From a virus (Duplodnaviria; Caudoviricetes): 59,485 bases of DNA. The position numbers and the translations under genes are program-made. Where the stretch lies: IMG/VR virus record IMGVR_UViG_3300048851_000177, positions 1 to 59,485 of that record; one strand, 5' to 3'. Under the pieces are notes generated by a model. The model searched no databases. It had not been told where the DNA came from and saw only the letters and a list, made by a program, of their open reading frames with translations. Below are positions 26,188 to 34,426 of this stretch, in pieces. The stretch's first letter is position 1; the number at the start of each line of letters is the position of its first letter.

Positions 26188-27629
26188 TAAACGACTCCTA
26201 GCATGCCATATTTGAACCCTCGCGTAATGTTCACATTGTCAGCCGCGATCACCGCATCTGCCAGATTATGAGACTTTACGCCCAAGTCCTTCTTTAGCTT
26301 GAGCTTTGGCACGACGCGCTTCTTACCCTCTGTCTCAACCCACCACGGGACGCAAAGCTCGGTGAAGAGGGCGTCTAGTTTCGCCTTGCCTATGTCCGAA
26401 GAGAACGAGAGAACGTCTTCCGGTCGGATTGGCTGGCCTCGTGTGACGGCGTTAAACGTGAGCATGGCGCGCCGCGCCGTATTGGCCCAGGCCTGCGCCT
26501 TGAGGTTCAGGTACTCGTTCTTGTTGAGCGGACTGTTGCTGTTCAAGGTGTCGCTTGGCTGATCCGGGTCCATGACCCCGCCACCAGCGTGGAAAGCGAA
26601 ATGTTCAACCTTCGCCTTGTGCTCTTCGTTCTGCTCATCGATGTACCCGCCGACAAAGGCGCCAACGCCAATCGTGTCGTAAGAAACCGTAGCCCCGGCG
26701 TTCTTCGCCTTGGCCCATACTCGCTTGGCGTTCTGGACGAGCTGATCCTTGCCTGACGACCAGTCCTCGGCATCAGTGAAGACGCCATCGATTTTGTCGG
26801 CCGTTGCGCTCTTGTCCTCACCATCGTCGGCAGGGTCGAACCCGATGATATTGAGCCCGGTCAACTCGACTTTAAGCACCTTATGAGCGTCAACGCAGGC
26901 ATCAAGCCAGCGGCGCTTGAATATCGATAGCTCGCTATCCCCGAGAGGAACGCCGCCGTAGATGTGTTCAAACATCTCCCGGTCGCGCGCCTGCATGGCC
27001 GCGATATCGCGCTTGGCCTTCTCCGAGAGGAACGGGTTCTCCGTATAATTGATCTTGTGCACGATGCAGTGCGGAGGCGTGTTGACGACGAAGTCTTTCC
27101 AGACGTAGTCGGTGACCATCTTCGGGTTGAAGAGCAGGATCGCGAGGCTGTCTTCTTTGCGGATCGTCGGGCCGATGACGACCCACTGGTCTTCGGTCAG
27201 CTTCTCCGCTTCTTCGACCCAGAGGATATCGACGTCAGACGTTCCCTTGATATCCTCAAGGTTTCGCTCGATGCCGTAGAAGATGAACTCCGAGCCGGTC
27301 GCCCGGTGAATGATCGTCGTCTTCTGGATCTCGTATGCGCTTGTCAGCCCAAGGTGAGCGATTGCCCACTTGAGTTCGGTGTAGACCGATTCCTGAATTC
27401 TGTTCTGGAACCTTCGGATGCATAGAACGCGCATCTTGACGCGGACGTGGTCAACGAGGCGAACGAGCTGGCAAGCTGTGTCTCGTGTCTTTGAGCTTGA
27501 ACGCCCGCCGTGAAGCACAGCGATGTCGTTCTCCCCGAAGAAGACGGACTCCCAAAACTCGAACAGCGCCGGGTTGGTTAGGTGTGTGGTGGCCTCTAGC
27601 TCTTTTCGCTGCGCAGCACTTCTCGCCAT
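26187..27629 (-). CDS. terL: Terminase large subunit (PBSX family)
   Basis: GGRSSSKT, WVEEAE, LFNP, GFDPAD, SHNLADA. Confidence 0.95.
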   Translation of the reverse strand: MARSAAQRKELEATTHLTNPALFEFWESVFFGENDIAVLHGGRSSSKTRDTACQLVRLVDHVRVKMRVLCIRRFQNRIQESVYTELKWAIAHLGLTSAYEIQKTTIIHRATGSEFIFYGIERNLEDIKGTSDVDILWVEEAEKLTEDQWVVIGPTIRKEDSLAILLFNPKMVTDYVWKDFVVNTPPHCIVHKINYTENPFLSEKAKRDIAAMQARDREMFEHIYGGVPLGDSELSIFKRRWLDACVDAHKVLKVELTGLNIIGFDPADDGEDKSATADKIDGVFTDAEDWSSGKDQLVQNAKRVWAKAKNAGATVSYDTIGVGAFVGGYIDEQNEEHKAKVEHFAFHAGGGVMDPDQPSDTLNSNSPLNKNEYLNLKAQAWANTARRAMLTFNAVTRGQPIRPEDVLSFSSDIGKAKLDALFTELCVPWWVETEGKKRVVPKLKLKKDLGVKSHNLADAVIAADNVNITRGFKYGMLGVV

Positions 27630-27889
27630 GTTTTCGAATCCATCGGGCTCATGGAGCCATCGCTCGACTTATGGTCCAGCGCCTGCGGTGGCTTGCCATA
27701 GGCCCGATCAAGGATTGCATTCGCTGCCGACACCCTTGCCCCTTCGCTCTCGCCAGATTGTGCGATGCTAACCAAGACATTCAGCGCGACTTCAGCGTGG
27801 TCCTTAGCCATCTCGGCTAAATCCCTCTTAGCTTGGCTGACTGCGCCTTGCTTACGGCCGGCACCGTCACGCTTGCCACCGTGGGCCAT
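27596..27889 (-). CDS. terS: Putative terminase small subunit
   Basis: HGGKRDGAGRK..ARVSAANAILDRAYGKP; overlaps terL start. Confidence 0.7.
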   Translation of the reverse strand: MAHGGKRDGAGRKQGAVSQAKRDLAEMAKDHAEVALNVLVSIAQSGESEGARVSAANAILDRAYGKPPQALDHKSSDGSMSPMDSKTWREVLRSEKS

Positions 27890-27916
27890 CTTGAATTCCT
27901 TGATTGTTATTCAAGC

Positions 27917-28411
27917 TCAGCGGAACCGGACGCCCTGCTTGCTGATGGTAACCTCGGTCACTTGCCCATGAACGGCGATATGAGCCAACTCAGCCCTCAC
28001 CTTTAGGGCAAGGGCAATCTCAAATTCAGACCGAGGCTTTTCACTCAGCCATTGGTCGTGAGACTTGAGCTTCGATAGGTCAATCTGCGCTTCGACCTTG
28101 GAACGGTCGATTGACGTCAGCGTGCCGGGTTGAATGTTGGTCAACTGCCGGAAGCCATAGAAGCGAATTCGGTCACGTTCCAAGGAGAACGCTTCCTGCT
28201 CGTTCAGCCTCTCAGATATGATCGTCACAACCGGGGATAAGCCGGCGGCAATAATGTCAGAAATAACCTTATGCTTATGAGCGTTCTTCACGCGACCGCA
28301 TCGGACCTCTGCGACATGGTGATGTGCGCGATTGCCGCACCCCTTGCCGACATAGAACGTGACGCCTGTCCGTGGGTCAGAAAGCTCGTAGACGTAGAAA
28401 CGATTTCCCAT
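27917..28411 (-). CDS. GIY-YIG nuclease (LEM-3-like); extendable in frame to TTG at 28510
   Basis: FYVYELSDPR..FYVGKG.GNR..H; EAFSLE; LTN. Confidence 0.85.
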   Translation of the reverse strand: MGNRFYVYELSDPRTGVTFYVGKGCGNRAHHHVAEVRCGRVKNAHKHKVISDIIAAGLSPVVTIISERLNEQEAFSLERDRIRFYGFRQLTNIQPGTLTSIDRSKVEAQIDLSKLKSHDQWLSEKPRSEFEIALALKVRAELAHIAVHGQVTEVTISKQGVRFR

Positions 28412-28509
28412 CCACGATCCTACCAACGCGCTGTTCCGGCTACCACCGCTATTGCGGTTTTCCACCGTTGCTGCGAACTTCTCATGCCGTGCGTTCTTGA
28501 GGACTGGCA

Positions 28510-28959
28510 ATGCAAATACCCTCTTTCGACCCACTAGATCGCCCGCTCCACTTAACCAAGGAGAAGGCTGCGTCCCGTCAGGCTCATCTAGCAGTTCTTG
28601 CTCTTCTGGCCGGGGATTACGATGCGGCTGTCACGCTGGCTGGCGCAGCCGATGAAATGCTTGCTGGTGATCCGGCGCTTGAGGTTACCAGCGCTGCGTT
28701 AACCCCGCCACCACAGGCGGCAGAACTTGCGCCGTACAAGTGGAAGGAGATCGTAAATCTTGAGCGGAACTGGCTAAAACATAAAACCGACATCGATAAG
28801 ATACCGCCAGAAATCACGTTGGATTTGGACAACGCACCTTTCTACGTCTTCCGCGCCATCCGAAAACTGCCTCTGACGATGCTCACGCCTGAGATGGTGG
28901 CCTTTGACGACTGGTACCGCGCTCGAATTATTCAGCAGCGGCAGAAAGACGGCCCCTAG
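28510..28959 (+). CDS. HEPN-like moron protein
   Basis: AVTLAGAADE helix and RNWLKH (R-x4-H); GAGG RBS; antisense. Confidence 0.65.
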   Translation: MQIPSFDPLDRPLHLTKEKAASRQAHLAVLALLAGDYDAAVTLAGAADEMLAGDPALEVTSAALTPPPQAAELAPYKWKEIVNLERNWLKHKTDIDKIPPEITLDLDNAPFYVFRAIRKLPLTMLTPEMVAFDDWYRARIIQQRQKDGP

Positions 28960-28969
28960 ACCCCTTTGG

Positions 28970-29305
28970 CTACGCCGCCTTAGGAGAATGATCCTGGAAT
29001 GCGGTCTCCTTACCCACGAACGTCGTGTTGATCGCATATGCACGCTCTGGGAGCGGATTGCCGTAGATGCCGTCCAGCTCGTCGCACTTGGATGCGAGGG
29101 CCTGTAGCCAGTCTGGGCAGGATCCGGTTGCGCGGATGATGTTGACCCGCATGGTGACGATGGCGCAGACCAGAACGCGTAGCTTGGCGCGGTCATCGCA
29201 CTGGGATTGGCTTATGTACCGATCTGGCGACCACTGGCCTTGGTTGACGCGGCGCTGGGCTTCCTCGACGAACTCATCGTCGGAGATGGTGGACCAGTCT
29301 GTCAC
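28970..29305 (-). CDS. Hypothetical protein
   Basis: GTG start overlapping the upstream stop. Confidence 0.6.
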   Translation of the reverse strand: MTDWSTISDDEFVEEAQRRVNQGQWSPDRYISQSQCDDRAKLRVLVCAIVTMRVNIIRATGSCPDWLQALASKCDELDGIYGNPLPERAYAINTTFVGKETAFQDHSPKAA

Positions 29306-29484
29306 TTGCCGCACCCCATTTCGGCGCACACGGCACGAAAATGCATCTGTCGCTCGGTCTCGACCGCAATGAACGCTACAGCCAGAACAATTACGCACAG
29401 CGCAGCGCAAGGCACCAATGACATCAAAAAGGGCTTTATGCGCTGGACCGGCTTGAGCTTGACGAATTCCTCGTAATCGAGCAT
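29302..29484 (-). CDS. Small membrane protein
   Basis: AGGAG RBS; one TM segment. Confidence 0.6.
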   Translation of the reverse strand: MLDYEEFVKLKPVQRIKPFLMSLVPCAALCVIVLAVAFIAVETERQMHFRAVCAEMGCGK

Positions 29485-29504
29485 GCGCGGCTCCTGAAAC
29501 GGAT

Positions 29505-29716
29505 GAGCCCGCCCTGCAGATTTACAGGACGGGCTCTGGATGAATACGGGAAGGCCGGTCCCCATACGGTGAACCAATTACCCCGGCTGATACCTATCGG
29601 AAGCGGTGGCTATTCCCTTCGGAGATTGATCAAGCCTCCGGTTTGGTCCTGCATGCGCCCTAGCCGACCCGTAGGCCTGCGGCTCTGGTAGAACCCAGGA
29701 GTTCGGACGCATGCAG
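29505..29716 (-). ncRNA. Candidate structured non-coding RNA downstream of tRNA
   Basis: 12-bp stem 29705-29716/29649-29660 enclosing two hairpins; further hairpins at 29620-29640 and 29505-29536. Confidence 0.45.
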
Positions 29717-29720
29717 TATT

Positions 29721-29797
29721 TGGTTGCGGGGGCAGGATTTGAACCTGCGGCCTTCAGGTTATGAGCCTGACGAGCTACCGAACTGCTCCACCCCACG
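29721..29797 (-). tRNA. tRNA-fMet (CAT), initiator type
   Basis: 77-nt cloverleaf; C1xA72 mismatch; TCAGG-CTCATAA-CCTGA; GGTTCAAATCC; encoded CCA. Confidence 0.95.
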
Positions 29798-29877
29798 TAA
29801 ACGGTAAGTGCAAATCACCCTGATCTTATAGGCTATAAGGCCACATATTGCCACGTTTGCCAACCATTTTCTCTGCT

Positions 29878-30432
29878 TTAAGCGGCTTTTCTAGGTTTAT
29901 TCACTGCAATCCACGCATCGGTGATCACATCCTCAAAGCGACGGCGGGCCGTTTCATCGCTTCGGCCTATCCTCTTCCCGATCAGACCGAAGGAAACATC
30001 GAATGATCGCCACCACACGATCTGCCATGCCCGCTTGTCGAGATGCCGTATCCACGACAAGGCCGTGAGGCAGTCGGACACGTCGGCTGGCGTTGGCTGG
30101 AAGCGCGGGCCGTAGTCATTGTCTGGATCGTAGGCATCCATGTATTCCCGCACGTAATCCGGCGACGAAGACTTGACGATGAAGAACCGCTTCTCCTGAT
30201 CTGGAAGCGCTCTCAACGTCTTCAGGGCGGTGATTAGCCTCTCCTGGACGTCCGTGCGGGAAACACGCGCGCCTTGCGTGATGGCCGGCGCTGGTCGGCG
30301 CGGAGGTTGCGGGTGCAGTCTATGCTTTGCCGTGACGCGGATAGCCGGGTCGTCCTCCGGCAGCGCTTTGCAGCCCGGTGCGGGCAGGCCCGGTTTGTTA
30401 TTCGTGTCGCGCTTCTTCCTGATTCTCGCCAT
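29878..30432 (-). CDS. Putative late-gene regulator (DUF6362-like, sigma region 4-like HTH)
   Basis: Last early gene; IVWWRS..SF..IG..IGRSDETARRR. Confidence 0.7.
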   Translation of the reverse strand: MARIRKKRDTNNKPGLPAPGCKALPEDDPAIRVTAKHRLHPQPPRRPAPAITQGARVSRTDVQERLITALKTLRALPDQEKRFFIVKSSSPDYVREYMDAYDPDNDYGPRFQPTPADVSDCLTALSWIRHLDKRAWQIVWWRSFDVSFGLIGKRIGRSDETARRRFEDVITDAWIAVNKPRKAA

Positions 30433-30464
30433 CTTCGTTCCCTCGTGTTCGAGCCGCCGCTCGG

Positions 30465-30686
30465 TTACCTGAATTTCGGGTGAGTGATCGCCGCGAGGAT
30501 CATCTCCATTGCGATCTCTCGGTTCGTGCGCTGGGACCGGTCGGTCTCGACATACGCGGCAATGCCGCTTGGTATGTGCGTGACCCTCACGCCGGGATAG
30601 GTGCCAACATGCTGCCCGCCTCGGCTATGGATGCCGGGAATAGGCCAGGTCTCGATCTTGATCTGATCCGCTGGGATATCGGTCAT
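30465..30686 (-). CDS. Stand-alone class I release factor GGQ domain (73 aa)
   Basis: IKIETW..GGQHV..VRVTHIPSGI..DRSQRTNREIAM aligns with RF1/RF2 domain 3; ATGA coupling. Confidence 0.85.
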   Translation of the reverse strand: MTDIPADQIKIETWPIPGIHSRGGQHVGTYPGVRVTHIPSGIAAYVETDRSQRTNREIAMEMILAAITHPKFR

Positions 30687-31129
30687 TTCTTCACCGCCCG
30701 TCTGGCAAGGGCGAAATCACGGCCGACCATGCCGACCCCTTTTGCAAAATCCTCGGGAAACAGGCCATTGCTGCAGTGAGGGCACGCGGGAACCATCTTG
30801 CGTCTGCGCCATGCCTCGTCGACATTCTTCGCCGCAATGGACCGGCACTGAAACTGCGCGGCTTCGTTGATCTCCTGCCGCTGGCGCTTCAGTTCCTCGT
30901 GAGCCGAATGGTAGTTTTCGCAGAGGTTCTTGAAGGCATCGAAAGGATCGACGTCCTTCTCGCAGTCCTTGCACCACACGCGCCGTTCTTTCGGGTCGTA
31001 TGCCATACGGCGGTGGCGGCAGGACGATACTGGACGACGGGTCAACCCGCGCGACACGCGGATGTCTCCAATGTCGACGATCGTCAGGCCGGCGAGGTAG
31101 GCCTGATCTTCGACTGGCTCGTCGCTCAT
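30683..31129 (-). CDS. Zinc-binding hypothetical protein
   Basis: CRH, WCKDC and CPHC motifs. Confidence 0.7.
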   Translation of the reverse strand: MSDEPVEDQAYLAGLTIVDIGDIRVSRGLTRRPVSSCRHRRMAYDPKERRVWCKDCEKDVDPFDAFKNLCENYHSAHEELKRQRQEINEAAQFQCRSIAAKNVDEAWRRRKMVPACPHCSNGLFPEDFAKGVGMVGRDFALARRAVKK

Positions 31130-31419
31130 TCCGCCGCCTCCATGACCGAACCCGAACGGAAGAAGCTCTCAGCCCGCGCGATCTTCGCTTCCTTCACCGA
31201 AGGACCATCGAACACTTCTCCCCGGATCGGCCGGCCGTTCATGAACGCGACCAGATGCTTCAATGCTTCTTCCGCGGCCTCGCCCTTGGTGGCGAACACC
31301 TTCGGACGATCGGCTTCGGCCATGATGGGTGCTGGATGAGCATCACGGCATAGGCGGAGCATCGCCCAGTACCCGAAGCCGCCTGGGATGCGATGGGGAT
31401 AGGCGCTGTATTTGTTCAT
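31126..31419 (-). CDS. Hypothetical protein
   Basis: ATGA overlaps at both ends. Confidence 0.65.
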   Translation of the reverse strand: MNKYSAYPHRIPGGFGYWAMLRLCRDAHPAPIMAEADRPKVFATKGEAAEEALKHLVAFMNGRPIRGEVFDGPSVKEAKIARAESFFRSGSVMEAAE

Positions 31420-31940
31420 GCCGAAGCCCTCAGCTTTTCGATCTTGGTGACTGCATGAAGGACGGTCGTGTGATCGCGCCCCCCGAACCATCGACCGATC
31501 ATCGGGAACGACATGTCGGGCCGCTGCTTGCGGATCTCAAACATGGCCGTCTGGCGGGCAAGTACGAGTTCCTTCCGGCGCCCTACGCCCTTCAGCATCG
31601 GGATGGTGATCTTCGGGTGCTCCTTGAGCACTTCGTTCACGATTTCCGAGATGGAACGGCGCTCAATAACCACCATCTCGATTTCGCCGGACGCAACCAT
31701 TTCCCGAATCCGCATCGCGGTCCTGAACGCGAACATGTGCTCCTCGAACATGGTAGGCGCGAGCATCCAGCTCGGCTTGTTGGAGACCCGGCTTGGTCGG
31801 CGCCTGCTGATCTGGACGACCTGCGCCGGTGGCGCGGCGAGCCTCCTCACCTTTGGCGCGTCAAAGCAGCGGCGGTGGACGGCTGCAGCTGCTGCCATCA
31901 TCTCGGCGGCTGATGTAAACTCTCTGGCTGTGACGATCAT
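31416..31940 (-). CDS. DnaA domain IV (Bac_DnaA_C) HTH protein
   Basis: ARQTAMF..SFPMIGRWFGGRDHTTVLHAV.KIE. Confidence 0.9.
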   Translation of the reverse strand: MIVTAREFTSAAEMMAAAAAVHRRCFDAPKVRRLAAPPAQVVQISRRRPSRVSNKPSWMLAPTMFEEHMFAFRTAMRIREMVASGEIEMVVIERRSISEIVNEVLKEHPKITIPMLKGVGRRKELVLARQTAMFEIRKQRPDMSFPMIGRWFGGRDHTTVLHAVTKIEKLRASA

Positions 31941-32575
31941 TTCAGCCTCCCGGCTTTGGTTTGAGGGATCTTCGAAACATGGTCCCGCTGCGGAAGCTTC
32001 AGCGCGTCGAGCTGCGCTTGCGTCTTCTCGTCGATCGGGGTGTGAGGGATGGCGCTGATCTGCTTGGCCGATCCTTTGACGGCTTCGTCGATCATGGCGC
32101 GGATCCGGCGGCGCTGGTTCGGGTCCTGGCGCTCAAGCTCGATGATCTGCCGGCGGCGCTCGTCCTCGGCGCGCTCGAACAACTGCTCGGCTTCCCGGCG
32201 AAGGATGCTCATCTCCGCGTGGAAGGGCCGGATGATCAATCGAGCGTGACGGGCGAACTCCGCGCAGGTTGGCATGAACTGGCCGGTGTGGTTGTCGACA
32301 CGGCCGGCGAGAAAATCATTCGCCGCCTCCGATATCGCCCACTCTGGCAGATCGGCACATGAGGTCTTGAACTCGGAGCCGAAGGATTCGTGATCCGTTT
32401 CCGGCTGCCAGCGCAGTTGCCCTTGAAGGCGAACAGCTGCATCGACAATCGCGGGAATGTCGCAGCGCTTGAGCAAGGCCTTGAGTTCACCAACCCTTGC
32501 CGAGATCTCTCGGGCTCGGCGCTGGTATCGCTCTGGAAGGCGATCGAAGATGTCTTGGGAAACGAGATCAGCCAT
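31937..32575 (-). CDS. Putative helicase loader/replication protein
   Basis: Follows the initiator; LPEWAI..A..F..G..FMPT.AEF. Confidence 0.55.
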   Translation of the reverse strand: MADLVSQDIFDRLPERYQRRAREISARVGELKALLKRCDIPAIVDAAVRLQGQLRWQPETDHESFGSEFKTSCADLPEWAISEAANDFLAGRVDNHTGQFMPTCAEFARHARLIIRPFHAEMSILRREAEQLFERAEDERRRQIIELERQDPNQRRRIRAMIDEAVKGSAKQISAIPHTPIDEKTQAQLDALKLPQRDHVSKIPQTKAGRLK

Positions 32576-33092
32576 TGACTATCGCCTCCACCATCCGGAT
32601 CTGGTTCGATTTTTTTCGCGCGTCAGCGCCAGAAGAAAAACCACTTTTCGGTTTTTCTTCCTCCCTCCTCCCTCCTTCCTCCTTCCTCTGCGGAGAAACT
32701 TCTCCATCACTGGGTAAGGACTGGGGAAGCGATGGGGAAGTCACACCAACATAAGCGGCGATTTCGGCGTCTTTCGGCCACTTCACCTTCGGCAACTTCG
32801 GTCTTTGCCAGAGTTTAAAGTTCCGAATGGCACCATAAGGCTTGCCTGAAGCATCGAATTTGCGGATAAAACGCAAGCTGACGAGCACTTCTAGGAGAAG
32901 GTTGATATCGACCAGAGGCGCGGGAATTGTCTTGGCTTTGATCGTCAGCGGCTTCCATTCGAACACGCCGTCGTCGTCTGCCTCCATCCAGAGGCCAAGC
33001 AATAGGGCCACCCCGAGAGGATGCTCGACGGTCAGCGTCATGAACGCCTCGTCGCTCATCAAGCCAGGATGGATTGAACGGATCCTGCTCAT
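32568..33092 (-). CDS. Replication initiator (lambda O-like N-terminus), short
   Basis: MSRIRSIHP, GLWMEADDDG, IRNF..WQRP; internal iteron-like repeats. Confidence 0.75.
   Translation of the reverse strand: MSRIRSIHPGLMSDEAFMTLTVEHPLGVALLLGLWMEADDDGVFEWKPLTIKAKTIPAPLVDINLLLEVLVSLRFIRKFDASGKPYGAIRNFKLWQRPKLPKVKWPKDAEIAAYVGVTSPSLPQSLPSDGEVSPQRKEEGGRREEEKPKSGFSSGADARKKSNQIRMVEAIVNG
32709..32741. repeat. Three tandem 11-bp iteron-like repeats (putative ori)
   Basis: ACTGGGTAAGG / ACTGGGGAAGC / GATGGGGAAGT inside the initiator gene. Confidence 0.55.
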
Positions 33093-33484
33093 TTCCACAC
33101 TTCCACTTCGATGTTGTATGCCGCTTTGATGATCTTCTGTACGCGGCGAAAATCCTTGGTGATGACGCCCTTGACGTCGATCGTCCGAAACCTGCCGTCC
33201 TGGTCATGGTCGATGAAACAGAAGTCGGCGCGGTAGGTGCCGATGATCTGCCCATTGACGATCAGCTCGAATTTGCGCTGAAGCACGAGGCCTGAAATGC
33301 GGCCGGCGCGCTCAAGGGTCTTAAGGTCGGTGTAGACCTCGCTCTCGCGCTTGCTGTCGAATGTGATGCCGTCGACGACAGTGCGCTTGGCGCCGAACTT
33401 GTTGCCCTTCTTCTCGCGCCGTTTGCCATGTTCGATCATGGCAATCTCAGCGCGGTACTGGCGGCGGGTGAGCGTCTCGGTCAT
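33089..33484 (-). CDS. DUF1064 PD-(D/E)XK endonuclease
   Basis: NKFGAKRTVVDGITFDSKRE, YRADF, DVKG. Confidence 0.9.
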   Translation of the reverse strand: MTETLTRRQYRAEIAMIEHGKRREKKGNKFGAKRTVVDGITFDSKRESEVYTDLKTLERAGRISGLVLQRKFELIVNGQIIGTYRADFCFIDHDQDGRFRTIDVKGVITKDFRRVQKIIKAAYNIEVEVWK

Positions 33485-33678
33485 ACCGACCCCCTCTCGC
33501 TATATCCGGCGTAACGGATGAGCTTCTTCGTCACTATCGGGGCAGGAGCGCGTTCGAGGTATGCGGCGGTCATCGCAGCGTTTATGCAGCGATCGACGTC
33601 AGGCGGGGCCATGCCGGTCGCTTTAGCGATCCATTCAACGTCGGGGCCGTAGGTGGCGAAGGCTTGCTCGAAGGTCAT
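33481..33678 (-). CDS. Hypothetical protein
   Basis: Coupled ORF in operon. Confidence 0.6.
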   Translation of the reverse strand: MTFEQAFATYGPDVEWIAKATGMAPPDVDRCINAAMTAAYLERAPAPIVTKKLIRYAGYSERGSV

Positions 33679-34253
33679 GCGGCCACCTCGAGTTTTCCGG
33701 TCTCATCACCCCACGCAGTCCAGCCAGCGCGATTGGTACGGCTGAAGAGGTCAAGCCGCCGTGCGTTTGGCATCAACCGCTCAGCGGCGGCATAGGCCTC
33801 TTCTGGCTTGCGAGAATGTTCACGTATCAAGCCGGTGAACCCAGACCGAACATTCTTCGCTGTCCGTGGGCTGCCGCGGGTGCCGATGAGGAAGGGTTCA
33901 TTCGAACCCCGCAGAATGTAGCCTGTCCCGAAGTTGATCTTGCCGTGCTTGGTCGTCTTCAGCCACGTGCCGGCAGTCTTGAACTCGAAGCCCCAGGCGC
34001 GCAGAACATCAATCGCCTGCGGGAGCATAGGATTGACGGCCCAGAGCCACAGAAGGCAGTCGGTCGAGGCAAGATCCAGCACAGGCATGGCCTTGATCTC
34101 GTCGATCATCATCGTGCGATATTGAGCCTGCGGCGACTTCGCCTCGCCTGCTTCCGAATACATGCGATATGTCCAGGCCGGGTCGGCCATGATCAGATCG
34201 AACGAATGCGGCTGCAGATCTCCGAATGGCCATCTGTCCTGAAACAATCTCAC
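33675..34253 (-). CDS. MT-A70 family N6-adenine methyltransferase
   Basis: IMADPAW, LWLW, WGF, HSRKP, LDLFSR..GW..WGDE. Confidence 0.92.
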   Translation of the reverse strand: MRLFQDRWPFGDLQPHSFDLIMADPAWTYRMYSEAGEAKSPQAQYRTMMIDEIKAMPVLDLASTDCLLWLWAVNPMLPQAIDVLRAWGFEFKTAGTWLKTTKHGKINFGTGYILRGSNEPFLIGTRGSPRTAKNVRSGFTGLIREHSRKPEEAYAAAERLMPNARRLDLFSRTNRAGWTAWGDETGKLEVAA

Positions 34254-34426
34254 GATGCGCTCTCCCTACGCTGGAGAGCCGACCGGAGGCGTTCAAGCGT
34301 CCGAGTGACGCAAGCAAGCTTCAGGTGCTGGTAGCCGTTGTCCTGCTTCGCCATGCGGGCCTTGAGGCCTTCGGCTATGTCGGTCTGGATGGTGATCTCT
34401 TGCTGGAGATTTTCGAGGTCGGTCAT
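34250..34426 (-). CDS. Hypothetical protein
   Basis: Coupled ORF. Confidence 0.55.
   Translation of the reverse strand: MTDLENLQQEITIQTDIAEGLKARMAKQDNGYQHLKLACVTRTLERLRSALQRRESAS

Noticed and set aside
29645-29720. Theta/HDV-like ribozyme after the tRNA
   Set aside because: P2-, P3- (GAAC-TCCTGG-GTTC) and P4-like parts can be drawn, but I found no P1 partner or P1.1 GG, so the nested pseudoknot cannot be completed
29721-29797. tRNA as prophage attachment site
   Set aside because: It lies mid-prophage, 20 kb from int, with no duplicated 3' end seen in the window
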